From assembly GCF_006345805.1 (NCBI RefSeq), contig NC_043024.1, forward strand, positions 7,068,001 through 7,132,000: DNA of 64,000 bases, in the 5' to 3' direction. A program made the translations under genes and the position numbers. Source of the DNA: Octopus sinensis. Lineage: Eukaryota. The notes beneath the pieces were generated by a model. That model was not told the origin of the DNA. It made no database searches and saw only the letters and a list, made by a program, of their open reading frames with translations. Below are positions 41,700 to 55,299 of the stretch, one piece after another (within the stretch, counting starts at the first letter, position 1; the number at the start of each line of letters is the position of its first letter).

Positions 41700-42112
41700 G
41701 ATGGACTCTCCAGTCGAAGACGTGTGGATGTTCAGATTTTTGCCAAACGATCTGCACAAATGATTGGCTCATACGAGTGATCATATGTTGGTGCCGCGTA
41801 TTAGCTCAGTCTTTCCATCAAATCGACGTTTCTTGCCACAGTGTGCCACGCGTCAGGTGTTGAAGGGATTGCAGAGCAACGTGAGAGGGAGTGTTTTGCT
41901 CAAGAACACGACGAACCACCCGGTCTAGGAATTGAAACCAAAATCTCACGATCTCAGCGCTGTAACAACTAGGCCATGCGTCTCTTCTTCTTCTTCTTCT
42001 TCTTCTTCTTCTTCTTCTTCTTCTTCTTCTTCTTCTTCTCTTCTCTTCTCTTCTTCTTCTTCTTCTTATTATTATATTATTATTTTATTATTATTATTAT
42101 TATTATTATTAA

Positions 42113-42813
42113 AAGGCGTAGGAGTGGCTGTGTGGTAAGTGGCTTGCATACAAACCACATGGTTCTGGGTTCAGTCCCACTGCGTGGCACCTTGGGCAAG
42201 TGTCTTCTACTATAGCCTCGGGCCGACCAAGCCTTGTGAATGGATTTGGTAGACGGAAACTGAAGGAGCCCGTCCTATATATATATATATATATAATATA
42301 TATATATATGTATGTGTGTGTATATATGTTTGTGTGTCTGCGTTTGTCCCCCCAACATCGCTTGACAACCGATGCTGGTGTGCTTAGGTCCCCGTAACTT
42401 AGTGGTTCGACAAAGAGACGGATAGAATAAGATAAGTCCTGGGGTCGATTTGCTAGACTAAAGGCAGTACTCCAGCATGGCCGCAGTCAAATGACTGAAA
42501 GAAGTGAAAGAGTAAAGAGCAAAGAGTCTTCTTCTTCTTCTTCTTCTTCTTCTCTTCTTCTTCTTCTTCTTCTTCTTTCTTCTTCTTCTTCTTCTTCTTC
42601 TTCTTTCTTATTTATTATTATTATTATTATTATTATATTATTATTATTAAAAGGCGTAGGAGTGGCTGTGTGGTAAGTGGCTTGCATACAAACCACATGG
42701 TTCTGGGTTCAGTCCCACTGCGTGGCACCTTGGGCAAGTGTCTTCTACTATAGCCTCGGGCCGACCAAAGCCTTGTGAATGGATTTGGTAGACGGAAACT
42801 GAAAGGAGCCCGT

Positions 42814-42860
<47 letters not shown>

Positions 42861-43065
42861 ATATATGTTTGTGTGTCTGCGTTTGTCCCCCCAACATCGC
42901 TTGACAACCGATGCTGGTGTGCTTAGGTCCCCGTAACTTAGTGGTTCGACAAAGAGACGGATAGAATAAGATTAAGTCCTGGGGTCGATTTGCTAGACTA
43001 AAGGCAGTACTCCAGCATGGCCGCAGTCAAATGACTGAAAGAAGTGAAAGAGTAAAGAGCAAAGA
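42113..43065 (+). repeat. Two near-identical tandem family B SINEs with flanking (TTC)n(TTA)n, unit ~540 bp
   Basis: Differ only by 1-bp indels and microsatellite length. Confidence 0.9.
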
Positions 43066-43103
43066 GTCTTCTTCTTCTTCTTCTTCTTCTTCTTCTTCTT
43101 CTT

Positions 43104-43134
<31 letters not shown>

Positions 43135-43345
43135 TTATTATTATTATATTATTATTATTATTATTATTATTTCGCCTGTCGATACGTTCTGAGTTCAAGT
43201 TTCGCCGAGGCCGACTTTGCTTTCATCCTTTCTGAGTCTATGAAATAGATACCAGTGAAACACTGGGGTCGCTATAACCGACTAGCCCCCCCCCCTCCCC
43301 GCAAAATTTGATACCTTGTGACTAGAGTAGAAAGGATTATTTTAT

Positions 43346-43900
43346 CTAACGTAACTTGTTGCTGGCGGTGTCATTAATGTACCAGCTGTTCACTTCACTG
43401 AACTGAAGGTTAAAGATCCTTTTCAAGTGTTGAGGACTTTGTGGGGCCTCCTTGCACCCCCAAGTAATGCAACTTTCTATATGTTCTCTATTTTCATTTT
43501 CTGCCTATCTTTCTCAACCATTTAGAATTTCTTTGTCATTTTACCCAGAGCACCAACAATTATTGGCACAATATACACTTTTTCCATTGACTTATAGCTT
43601 TTTGATGTCTCCAGTCAATGTTTCTCCTGTTTCAATGATTCTCTTGTCTCCAGGGCAAGCGAATATCTATCAACAGACGCGATTCTTCTCCTTTGTCTAC
43701 CAGCAGAATATCAGTTTTCCCGATGTTCGCTTCTATGATCACATTGGATTACGAAGTCTCAAAGTATCTTTCTCTATCAATTTTTTCAACAACACACTTG
43801 GCTTAAGTTCACACCATTTTCTTGCCTTTTCCGATTCAAACTTGTTACATAGTTCCCAGTGAACCATTCCGGTCACATTGTCATTCATACCTTCCCTTGT
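43346..43900 (-). mobile_element. Degenerate RLE-type LINE 3' fragment
   Basis: HWELCNKF...KW and DIA(C)PGD-type remnants; 3' UTR related to 53678-53760. Confidence 0.65.
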
Positions 43901-44096
43901 CTTCTTTCTGAGACAATTTACCTTCTCCTTCTTCTTCTTCTTCTTCTTCTTCTTCTTCTTCTTCTTCTTCTTCTTCTTCTTCTTCTTCTTCTTCTCTTCT
44001 TCTTCTTCTTCTTCTTCTTCTTCTTCTACTTCTTCTTCTTCTTCTCTTCTTTCTTCTTCTTCTTCTTCTTCTTCTCTTCTTTTATTATTATTATTA

Positions 44097-44135
<39 letters not shown>

Positions 44136-44160
44136 TATATTATTATTATTATTATTATAT

Positions 44161-44814
44161 TCAGTAGTTTTATTTTTATAGCGTGCTTTCACTTCACTAC
44201 CGAGCGCAGCTCTGTGTGCCTTGGGTATGTGCTGTGATTTGTTGTGATGCTCTGATGGTTATTGTATGGAAAGTGTTCTGCATAGGATGTGTGCAGTGCC
44301 TAGTAGTGCAATTTTCTGTATGTTATATGTGTTTGTAAGTCCTGGTGTTTTTGTTATGCATTTGTCTGAATATTTTTTTATCATGCCTAATGCACCTACT
44401 ATGATAGGAATTGTTTCTGTTTTCAGATCCACATTCTGGTTACCTCTATTCCAGGTCTTTGTATTTTGAGAGTTTCTCCATTTCTTTTAGAGACACGTTG
44501 TCATCTGCCGGTATTGATACATCAATTAGAAAGCAATTTTTTTTCTTCATGATCTCTGACAACTATATCTGGTCTGTTGGCCTTAATTTCTCTATCTGTG
44601 TGTATCGGCATATCCCAGAGTATGGTTGCTTTCTCGTTTTCTGTGACCTTTTCTGGTGTGTGCCTATACCATCTTTTTTCTGTTGTTATTCCATAATGTT
44701 AGCATAGCTTCCAGTGTATGTAGGTTCCAACTCTGTCATGTCTGTGAATATATTCCTTCTTAGCCAGGACTGGGCAGCTAGAGATAATATGATTTATTGT
44801 TTCTTGTCCATCTC

Positions 44815-44815
<1 letters not shown>
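44161..44815 (-). mobile_element. RLE-type LINE 3' fragment in (TAA)n
   Basis: ILWDMPIHTDREIKANRPDIVV, KYKDLE, ALLGTAHIL motifs on the minus strand. Confidence 0.85.
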
Positions 44816-44881
<66 letters not shown>

Positions 44882-44887
44882 TTTATT

Positions 44888-44923
<36 letters not shown>

Positions 44924-44951
44924 GTCGTCGTCGTCGTCGTCGTCATCATCC

Positions 44952-44983
<32 letters not shown>

Positions 44984-47423
44984 GTCATTAGCTGGGCCCA
45001 GAGCAAAGGGCAGTGCCCATGTTATTTGATGAGATTGATGTCATTAATGTTCCTGGTGAACCTTTGTAAGTCAACACATGAGGGGAAAACATGATGTGGG
45101 GAGCAATTTCAGGGGATGGCACTCTGGGAAGGAAGAATTGGGTATAGTGATTAGTGTGGAGCGAGGGAGTGGAAGGGATTATACATAAGGGTAATAGGAG
45201 GAAGAGAGATAAGTGGAGGATCGTGAATGGCCAAGTGGAGGTGGAGGGAAGAAGTAACACAAGCCCAGTCAGCTGGCATTATAGTAGTGATATAGAGAAG
45301 GCTACGGGAGGAGACACCATCAAATCGGGCGAGAGGCTGGAATGAATCTGGGGGTGAATTTATGCTAATTAATTGGTGTCCCTTTTCTGGATGCTATCTA
45401 GAATATCTGTGTTCAGCTGCAGTAGAAGTACTGTCCCGAATGGGATCCGATGTGTTTTGCTTCGTCATTAGTATTTTGGGTTTTCACTAGGCGAATACGT
45501 GGACCTTCTATGAACAGAGGTAAAAATATATTTTTTGTATCTCGTTTTCCCTATTTAGGAGAAAAGAATAATTTACAAAAAAAAAAAGAAACGGAAAACA
45601 AGAAAGGAAAACAGAAAATTCTTCCCCTCGTAAATAGTATAGTTTCCTGAAAGCTTCTTCAAAACAAGAACAAAAACAAACAAAATTTTTACGAAAAGAA
45701 AATAGAAAAAAGAAAGAAAGCAAATTTAATTTCTCAGGAGATTACATGTATTGCACAAGAAGAAACAACATTTTTTTCTGAAAAATAATCTTAGTTTGAA
45801 CAATTTTAACGGCACAAATAACGGTACCTACACGCGCACACATTTTGCTAATCGAAAGAATAGGTAAGAAAAGTTGATTAGAGCAATAAATTAGACAATC
45901 TCAGCTCTTCTCTCGCTAATGAATCCTTCAGTAAATAGACATTAGACATGAATTACTAAAGGGGAAAGAGTCTGCTTGGTAGAGCTATGTAACAAAGGAA
46001 GATGCATCTCTAGTACAGTCTCTTATGCAACTAACATATCTCTGTCTCCCGAAAGCCCACAGGAGTCTACCTGATGTCCGTGAATTCGTCGGTTTGTTCG
46101 GCAGAAAATATATGAGAGCTTGTTTGAGGATCAGTTTCTGTTTAGGGGCGATAGATTTCACTCATCGCGCGTTAAAGACTACCATTTGGCCTTCGGTGCC
46201 TTGAGTGAAGCTTACTCTATTGCAAGTATTCTAGCCACATCTCCACCCTGGGGACAACTTCCCTTGTTCTCCTCAGTTACAGAACCTCTGCCAAGTACGT
46301 CATAGGGGATGCCGTAATTAATCTGACAGAACCATAATCAAAATTTTGTAAAAATAATCCATTTGAAAGCTAAGTGTCTTGGTTAAAGAGACGGTGCCCA
46401 TGATCAAATACGAACTTTCAATCTCTGTTCACTCAGCCATCCGTTCTCTCAGCCCAATCTTGTCTGTAAAATACCGTTCAGTGCAACTGTAACAGCATCA
46501 GATTTACCAAACGGCACATTAATCTGCAGACCTAACTCTGTCATTCAGTGCAATGGAAAGAGCACAGCAGAGCAGGCATCCGTACGATGTATTCCAACGG
46601 TGACCAAACTGTGGTTCTCGAGCTTCATGCATTTCTTTAAATAACTATATCTGGTTCCTGAGGTAATACTTGGTTTCGTTGCTATTTATTCTAAAATAAC
46701 CGGATTTTGAAGTATCAACTGCAAACATGAAAACATGAAAACCCAAGACAGACTTCAACAAGCAGAGATTGTTGTCTTTCATGGCATATAAAATGCATTT
46801 ATTCCCCCATCCTATCTAAAACTGTCTCAAAGGAATCACCCTGGGTCCTGTATGTGAAGTTGCGCCTATGTTACATGCTTTAATATATTAAAAGCTCCTT
46901 TTCCTGAATATGTATTTCTGAAATTGGGATTCTTCTAATACGCTGATGCGTTTTTTATGCCATCAAATGCGGTAATTAATCTTATTTTAGTCATTGAAAC
47001 TCCGTCGCGAAATATTTTCCTAGTTTATAAACATAATTTCAAAATAAAGAATATCATAAAGTGGATCTCCTTATCAAACAACCTGACCATCCACACACGC
47101 ACACAGACATACACACATACACCACTACGGCAGCATGGGCATGTTTGCGGATAAATTTGTAAATAAATTTGATAAGCACGTATTTAATTGACCGTTTGCA
47201 CGGCGAAGCTAGATGTACTTTTTGAAAACTAAACATTAAGGGTGCAAATTTATTTACAAACTTATTCACGAAGCACATTGTCTCAGGACCCCGATTAATT
47301 AATCCACAACGCCAGCGAATGAACTGGTGCCGGTTGTTCTCCCCGTCTCCGTAGATCGAATGAAGGAAACATTCCTGATCGGTTAAAAATGACCGACGAA
47401 ATTTTTGGAACTAGCTTTTCGTT

Positions 47424-47428
47424 TCATT
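47424..47428 (-). CDS. Candidate terminal exon start (E-stop), followed by ~2 kb of largely unique sequence that may be 3' UTR
   Basis: (TC)n tract + tgcAG acceptor at 47429-47430; phase 1 gives GAA TGA; 45400-47420 is unusually repeat-poor. Confidence 0.35.
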
Positions 47429-47439
47429 CTGCAGAGAGA

Positions 47440-47536
<97 letters not shown>

Positions 47537-49317
47537 AGAGAGCCCTTCGTTTTAACCATAGGGAAAATCCATGCAGTGATGCTAAACGTATGTTTATTTG
47601 AAATACACATTTAAAACTTATTTACAAATGTATTTACAGCATATGGAAACCACCTCAGAACTACGACGAGAATACATAGCAATTAAATCGGACAACAAAC
47701 AAACACTACAGTGCGACATAGACGAAAGTCTACAGTGTGGATCAAACACTACATGTGGATCGATCTCTACACTACAATCTAGATCAAACGCTACAGTACA
47801 GTGTAGAGCAATGTCTACAGTACAGTGAAAACCCAAACACTACAGTACAGAAAAAATCTACAGGTCTAGTCACTACATTATTATACAGACTAATTAGACA
47901 AGGGTGTAGAGTAGATGCTTCAGTCTGGTGTATACAAAATATTACACTGCAGTGTAAACACTACAGGGTATTTAAGACTAAATACTACAAGAAAGTGTAG
48001 ACGGAACATTACAGGACAGTGTAGAGTTAACTCTACCATACAGTGGAGACAAAACACAGAAGTGTGGAGCAAATATTACTGTACAGTGTAGACCAGAGTA
48101 CAGTGTACGCTAAATACTATAGTACAGTGAAAACTAAAGACTACAGTATAAACTAAATGCTTGAGTATAATGTAGCCTAACAATCGCAGCAACACTGTGT
48201 AGACTAACTATTGTAGCACCGTGAATGATAACCGCTTTAGTACAGTGAAGCTTAAGCGTCAAAGTACAGTGAAGAGGAAATACAACAGTGCAGTGTAGAT
48301 CAAACAATAGTGTACCGTGTAAAAGAAAAAGCCTACAGTACAGTGTAGATCAAATATTACTGCAGAGCTGACACTACTGTACGCTATAGACTAGACACTA
48401 TGGTAAATTTTAACGTAGTCAGAATACTACATTATGGTGTACATTAAGCGTTATAGTAGAGCGAATGGTTTGCCTCGAGGTTAGGGTGTTGCACTCAGGA
48501 TTGTGGTTTTGATTCCCAGACTAAGCAGTGAGTTTTGTGTTCATTTCGCGTAGCCACAGTTGTAAATGAGTAACCATGCGACGGACTGATTGCTGTGATT
48601 TCGGTCACTTATACGCCATGGTAAATGGGTAACAAAGTAACCGGTCCTGGATCTTAGGACTCGGGAATTTAATGTCCAGGAGACTTGCCTAAGTAAACAC
48701 CTCATTGCAGCGACGATTAAAAACGCTATTACCGTACATTGCTGAACAGCGATTACCGTACAGTAATCTGACGATTAACTGCGATTATTTTTGCATACAT
48801 TACGATATCGACTCTCAGAACACATAGCACCGATTACCCGATGTCCATGGTGTGTAAGTGGGCGAGATCACAACGTTCCCCCTGAACAAGATGCCTGTCC
48901 GTCGAAGGGTGAACTCTCCATCTAATGTTGAAAATCATTTACAGCTGAGTGGACTGGACCAACATCCCCGTTTCGGGAATCGAACCCACGATATTACGAT
49001 CATGAGTGTAACACACCTAACCGTTGGGCCATACGCCTTCACTATTAACTATAGGGTGTATTTTAGGCAACAGAATCTAAACTACACACAACAGTACAGT
49101 GCAGATTACATACAGTAGAGACTAACGAGTGCAGTACAGTCAACACACTAGGGGGCAGCCTAAACACTATGTTCCAATGTTGATTAAACAGTAGTGAAAT
49201 AGAGTGTACATGTTACAGTATAAAATGATTATATACAGTAAAATGTGGCTTGATACTACAATACAGTATGTACACACACACGCATATATATATATATATG
49301 TACACTCATATATATAT

Positions 49318-49350
<33 letters not shown>

Positions 49351-49571
49351 GTCATTTAATAGACACAATGCATGTTTTTATATGCTATTAATAGTTTCTT
49401 GTGCTGAGAACATGCCAGACAATGTATTATGACACGTCTAACTTCTCGGCAGAATCATCAAGCATGCTCTCAGCACAAGAAACTATTAGTAGCACATGTG
49501 TCTATTAAATAATATTAATCTCTCACCAGATGGAGTACTTTTTTGCTGATCTTATCATCACAGAACAATAC

Positions 49572-49611
<40 letters not shown>

Positions 49612-49994
49612 GTATTAATATTAGGCTCTACTGTAAGACTTGTCACTACTGTTCAATGTAGACTAAATATTAACGTACAGTATTGACTAACTACTGCAAT
49701 ACCGTATAGAATAACTGCTGCAGTATATATTAGTTTAGTATAACAGTACACAGTATAGACTGAATTCTAAAGGTAAGTGTAGAATATGTAGTACAGTAGA
49801 CAGTATATTATACAGGGAACAGGGTAGACAGTGGACTCATTACAATGGGTAGAGTCTCAGTATTACAGTAAATACAGTGTAAATAAAACACTGCAAAATG
49901 GAGTAGACTTACAAGTACGTTATACAGGTGTGGACTTTAATTTGCAGTGTACTGCGTAGGTTCAATAGAAGAGTTTAGATTGCATAATATGCTA

Positions 49995-50222
49995 TGAGGG
50001 GGGGGGGGCTGAAAAGTTTCTGGCTTTGACGGTGTCGCGAAAGGCGTGGTTGCAGGCCCGACCTTCCGAGTTCTTTTTCAAGGCTTAGAAAAACTGAAGG
50101 ACTGCTGTAGTAAATGTGTGAATCTGAGAGGGGAATATGTTGAACAAAGTCATAATTAACAGATCTTCCTGTATTTTCTTTTACCCAAAGTCAGGAGCTT
50201 TTCAGCCCCCCCCCCCACCTTG
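49995..50222 (+). mobile_element. mariner-derived MITE, second copy
   Basis: Homologous to 30149-30366; TA flanks. Confidence 0.8.
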
Positions 50223-50369
50223 TACAGTGTAGAGTAGACTAGATTACACATTGTAGAGCAAGCTCTGCTATATAATACCGGGATGGCGCTACACTATAGG
50301 TGTAGAGTATATATGTGTTGGTTATATATTATAGTATACACTGTAGATTCTACAACATGGTGCATACTG

Positions 50370-50714
50370 GCATTCCGTCAGTAACGACTACGAGGATTCC
50401 AGTTGATCCGATCAACGGAACAGCCAGCTCGTGAAATTAACGTGCAAGTGGCTGAGCACTCCGCAGACACTCCTTCAGAATTACGTTAAAGGTACACACC
50501 TTTAACGTAATTCTGAAGGAGATTCGGCGTGACACAGAATGTGATAAGGCTGGCTCTTTTGAAATGCAGGTACAACTCATTTTTGCCAGCTGAGTAAACC
50601 GAAGCAACGGGGAATAAAGTGTCTTGCTTAAGGACACTACGCGCTGCCGGGAATCGAACTCACTACCTTACGTTCATCAGCCGAATACCCTAACCACAAA
50701 GTCACGCGCCTTCA
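50370..50714 (-). mobile_element. tRNA-derived SINE related to family D
   Basis: Minus-strand GTGGTTAGGG...GAGTTCGATTCCC head; 3' half as 18170-18340. Confidence 0.75.
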
Positions 50715-50917
50715 CTAGTTTATACTAATCACAACAGAACAGTGTAAATCACATACAGCAATACAGTTTAGACTATACAATACAGTAGAGACTAAATACT
50801 ACAGTATAGGCAATAGACTATACAATACAATACAGTGTGGACTATATGCTACCGTTCGGTGTAGATTACACAATGCAGAACAGTGTAAATCATACGATAC
50901 AGTGGACGATGTATATT

Positions 50918-50961
<44 letters not shown>

Positions 50962-50972
50962 TCTAAAGAAGG

Positions 50973-51294
50973 TTGTTGTGTAAGGCCGGAACAATGCGAG
51001 AAGGTACGAAGTAATCTACAAAAGGAAAATAAAATAAAACAAAGTTGCAGTTTTAGCTTGTATTTGTATATTTCGGGCTAAAATACCTTCTTCAGGACAT
51101 TTCGAAAAAGTGGATGTGACACATCTCAGCAACGACTTTTCCAACAACCTCTTTTTTTTTTTCAAATGTCCTGAAGAAGAGGTTTTCACCCCGAAATATC
51201 GAAATACAAAGTAAAACTACAACTTTGTTCCGTTTTCTTTTCCTTTTGAAGTTTGCTTGGTCCCTTCTCGCATTGTTCCGGCTTTGCACAACAA
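50973..51294. mobile_element. Fold-back element with ~135-bp arms, each with a minimal hammerhead-like motif
   Basis: CTGAAGA-AGAGGTTTTCACCCC-GAAATATC at 51171-51200 and an inverse copy at 51067-51095. Confidence 0.6.
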
Positions 51295-51498
51295 ATTTCT
51301 TTAAAATTGTACCACACAATGCTTCACCAAAACTACCTCATATATATAAATATACTATCGTTCAAACAGACTAATCAAAAGTGCAATTGAAGTGTCGACG
51401 AAATATGTGGTGGTGGTACATTGCGAGCAGGTAAATAGGTAGGTAGGTAGGTAAGAATAGGTACATTGCAGGCAGGTGTGCAGTAGTGACCAACTCAC

Positions 51499-51605
51499 CG
51501 TCGTGGTACCGCGTGTGGTAGGATCTGTAACTACCGCCATAGCTATTGTACCTTCTCGAGTAGCGATGGTTACGGTATGTGTTTTCAGGGGTGTGTTCGA
51601 GCGCG
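51499..51605 (-). CDS. 107-nt phase 2-1 exon, (H)ALEHTPENTYRNHRYSRRYNSYGGSYRSYHTRYHD
   Basis: gtttagctttcAG acceptor, GTGAGT donor, open frame in the phase required by the upstream exon. Confidence 0.65.
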
Positions 51606-51668
51606 CTGAAAGCTAAACACAGCGAACACTGTTCCAGTGACGAACATATACTTCGACTTCATTACATA

Positions 51669-51722
<54 letters not shown>

Positions 51723-51829
51723 GTTGTTGTTGTTGTTGCTGATATTGTTGTTGTTGTCGTTATTGTTATTGTTGTTGCTATTGCTGTTGTTGTAGTTGTT
51801 ATTATTGTTATCGTTATTATTATTATCAT

Positions 51830-52470
51830 CGTTAGTCCGTCGGGCGAAATGCTTAGCGGTATTTCGTCTGCCGTTACGTTCTGAGTTCAAATTCTGCCGA
51901 GGTCGACTTTGCCTTTCATCCTTTCGGGGTTGATTAAAGAAGTATCAGTTACGCACTGGGGTCGATATAATCGACTAAATCCGTTTGTCTGTCCTTGTTT
52001 GTCCTCTCTGTGTTTTGGCAAATTCCGCCGAGGTCGAAGGCGGCGAGTTGGCAGAAACGTTAGCACGCCGGGCGAAATGCTTTGCGGTATTTCGTCTGCA
52101 GTTACGTTCTAAGTTCAAATTCCGCCGAGGTCGACTTTGCCTTTCATCCTTTCGGGGTCGATAAATTAAGTACCAGTTACGCACTGGGGTTGATGTAATC
52201 GACTTAATACCTATCTGTCCTTGTTTGTCCCCTCTATGTTTAGCCCCTTGTGGGTAATAAAGAAATATGTGTTTAGCCCCTTGTGGGTAGTAAAGAAACA
52301 GGTATTTAACCTGTCGCTACGTTCTGAGTTCCAATTCTGCCGAGGTCGACTTTGTCTTTCATCCTTTCGGGATCGATAGATTAAGTACAAGTGAAACACT
52401 TGGGGTCTGTGTAATCGACTAGTCCCCTCCCCACAAATTTCAGGCCTTGTGCCTATAGTAGAAAGGATTA
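51830..52470 (+). mobile_element. Tandem/nested family A SINE cluster
   Basis: Three successive cores; similar cluster at 55588-56170. Confidence 0.8.
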
Positions 52471-53013
52471 TTATTATTATTGAATGAGGAACTGTGTATA
52501 CCATCAAAGTGACACTGGGGTACAAATATAAGAAACCCAATATACCAATCATGACTACCCGTCTGATAAGGGTACACCTGGTACGTGCATCACAACCAGC
52601 ACATGACTTTGCAGGTGGTACCCAGTTAGAATTTTCTTCGGGGTGAGTAGCCCATCCCGGTCAAATGTTCCTTGAATAAGATTTGCTTAAAGATGATGAA
52701 CGAAACACCCATATTTCCAGAGGTAAATTATTCAAACCTCAAAGGATTCCCCTCAACACATGGCTATGAAGCTCCCACACTCCTTTTGCTCGTGATCAGA
52801 AATGTACATATTGTCAGCCATTAAGGGACATGCTCAACTGGCTAGGGTCCAACAACTGACAAGTAAATATGCGGTTTTGAGGAGAATATTTTTCTGTAGC
52901 CCATCTTCTGCATCAACACAAAACATGTACTTGCAATCAGTTATGATCAGAAGTCATGTGAGCCACAGCCTGGTACTACATCAGGGCGTTTATTATTATT
53001 ATTATTATTATTA

Positions 53014-53044
<31 letters not shown>

Positions 53045-53357
53045 GAGTGAGAGAGCAGTTCATGCCATCAAAGTGACACTGGGGTAAAATATACGAAGCC
53101 CAATATACCCATCATGACTACCCGTCTGATAAAGGTACACCAGGCACATGCATCACAACCATATGTGCGTGACATGGTGATCTCATATCAAGATAAACAA
53201 CACATGACCTTGCAGGTGGGGCCCAGTTAGAATTTTCATCAGGTTGAGTAGCCCATCCTGCTCAAACGGTCCCTGAATAAGGGTTGCTTTAGGATGTTGA
53301 ACGAAACACCTATGTTTCCAGAGGTGAACCATTCAAACTCCAAAGAATCCCTCTCAA

Positions 53358-53605
<248 letters not shown>

Positions 53606-53677
53606 TCATCATCATCATCATTATTATTATTATTATTATATTATTATTATTATTATTTATTATTATTATTATTATTG

Positions 53678-55098
53678 CTTTTGCACAACTTTTAATGCTG
53701 GAGATGTACTGCCGTGTCAGCTGTTCACCACCAGTGAACTAAGGTAACACCTCTTGTTTTTCGAGCACCTTCCGGAGTATTTGAGCGGTTCCAAGCTGTG
53801 CTGTTTTCTGCAAGTGCTCCACCCTTATTGCAGCCCTTATTCATTCCCCGAACTTCTCGAGATTTTTGCTCGCTGTTACCAGGGATCCGACAATTATTGG
53901 TACTACTGCTACCTTTTCATCGACCACAATTGCTTAACTTCCCAAGCCAACCTGTTATATCTCTCGACTTTTCTTTCTTCCTTATCGCATACCTTGTTGT
54001 CAGCTGGACATGTTATATCTATGATCCAGCATAGTTCGTTTTTTTTTTCTCAATGTCCGGCTTCTTATTCTCTATGTCATGGTCGCACTGAATCATAAAA
54101 TCCCATAGGATCTTTGAATTTCCATTTTCGACGATGCCTTCAGGTTTGTGGTCGTACCACTTTTTTGCTCTGTCAAGTTCATACTTGTTGCAAAGTTCCA
54201 ATGGACAAGCCTTGCTACATTGTCGTGGCGTCTCTTATATTCCTTCTGGGCTCGTGGCATACATTAGCTGGTAATATGCCATGCGGTTTCACCATTTTGT
54301 CCGCAGATTCTGTACTTATCACTTTCTGCTGTGTTGTCTATTCTGTATTTTATGTAGTTTGTTCTTAGTGCTTGATCTCGGGCAGCACAGATTAGAGCTT
54401 CCGGTTTTAAATCACTTTTAGTCATCCACAACCATCTTTTTTCTCTGTCTGTCTTATCTCCAACGTCCTTATGAAATTGACCATGCATTCTTTTCTTTAC
54501 CCACCTATAATCAGTTTCATTTGTTTTCAATTTCTCGTATAGTGCTTTATCTTTGCAATCTTTCATCCTACATAAGCATGACCTTCTTACTTCTAATAAT
54601 AGCGGTTCTATGGTATTTTTTACATACCATGCTATGTTGTTTTCTTCTGTTCTAATGCTGTGTTCGCATCCAATAAGTCCTCTTCCCCCTCTTTTTCTGT
54701 CTGTGTCACGTTTTGGATGGAGTGATCCATATCTAGTTAGCGACTTCCTTGTCTTTCTGTCTAAGCTTAGCTCGTCTACTGTCCATGCGATTACCCCTAC
54801 TCCATATCTAAGGAGTGAAACCACCCAGGTGTTGATAGCTTCGATCTTATTCCGTCTATTTAATTTCGACTTAAGGATCAGTCTCAGTCTGCGCAAGTAC
54901 TCCTCCTTAAATTTTTCTGTCATTTCTTTCTCCATCAATTTATCAATTTCCAGTATTTCCAAGTACTTATAGCCCGTCTCTTCTATCTGCTTTACGACCT
55001 CCCCCGACGGTATCGTTAGCCCGCCCATACATTTGATTTTGCCTCTCTTCAAGACTAACACACCACACTTTCTCAGTTCGAACTCCATACCGATATCT
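53678..55098 (-). mobile_element. 5'-truncated RLE-type LINE
   Basis: DIGMEF..KC, GYKYL, GGRGL, MHGQF, DQALRTN, ILWDFMIQCD..KPDI; bounded by (TTA)n. Confidence 0.93.
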
Positions 55099-55234
55099 AT
55101 TATTATCACTTGTTCTATCCGTGCCAGCTGTGATTTGTTCCGCTCCAGTTAAAGAAAGTTTCTTGTTTGCTGACTCGTTTTAGGGATTTATTTTCGTTGA
55201 ATTGTTTTTTCTTTTTGTTCTCTTTCTGACTCAC

Positions 55235-55299
55235 TGCGGAACAGACCGCGGCCCAGCCTCAAGGGAGCTGTTGATTTTATCATTTTCGCCCCATTGGAG
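55235..55299 (-). CDS. 65-nt phase 0-2 exon, LQWGENDKINSSLEAGPRSVP(H)
   Basis: ttttgatttAG acceptor, consensus GTGAGT donor; phase matches both neighbouring candidate exons. Confidence 0.6.

Larger units (their letters stand above)
47700..50905. repeat. Highly decayed ~24-bp tandem satellite (approx. AAACACTACAGTACAGTGTAGA(T/C)C), interrupted by later insertions
   Basis: Recurring ACTACAGTACAGTGTAGA variants in 47700-48460, 49047-49270, 49610-49990, 50222-50365, 50716-50905. Confidence 0.75.

Noticed and set aside
47700-48460. CRISPR-like palindromic repeats
   Set aside because: Contiguous degenerate tandem units without unique spacers, no cas genes, eukaryotic context
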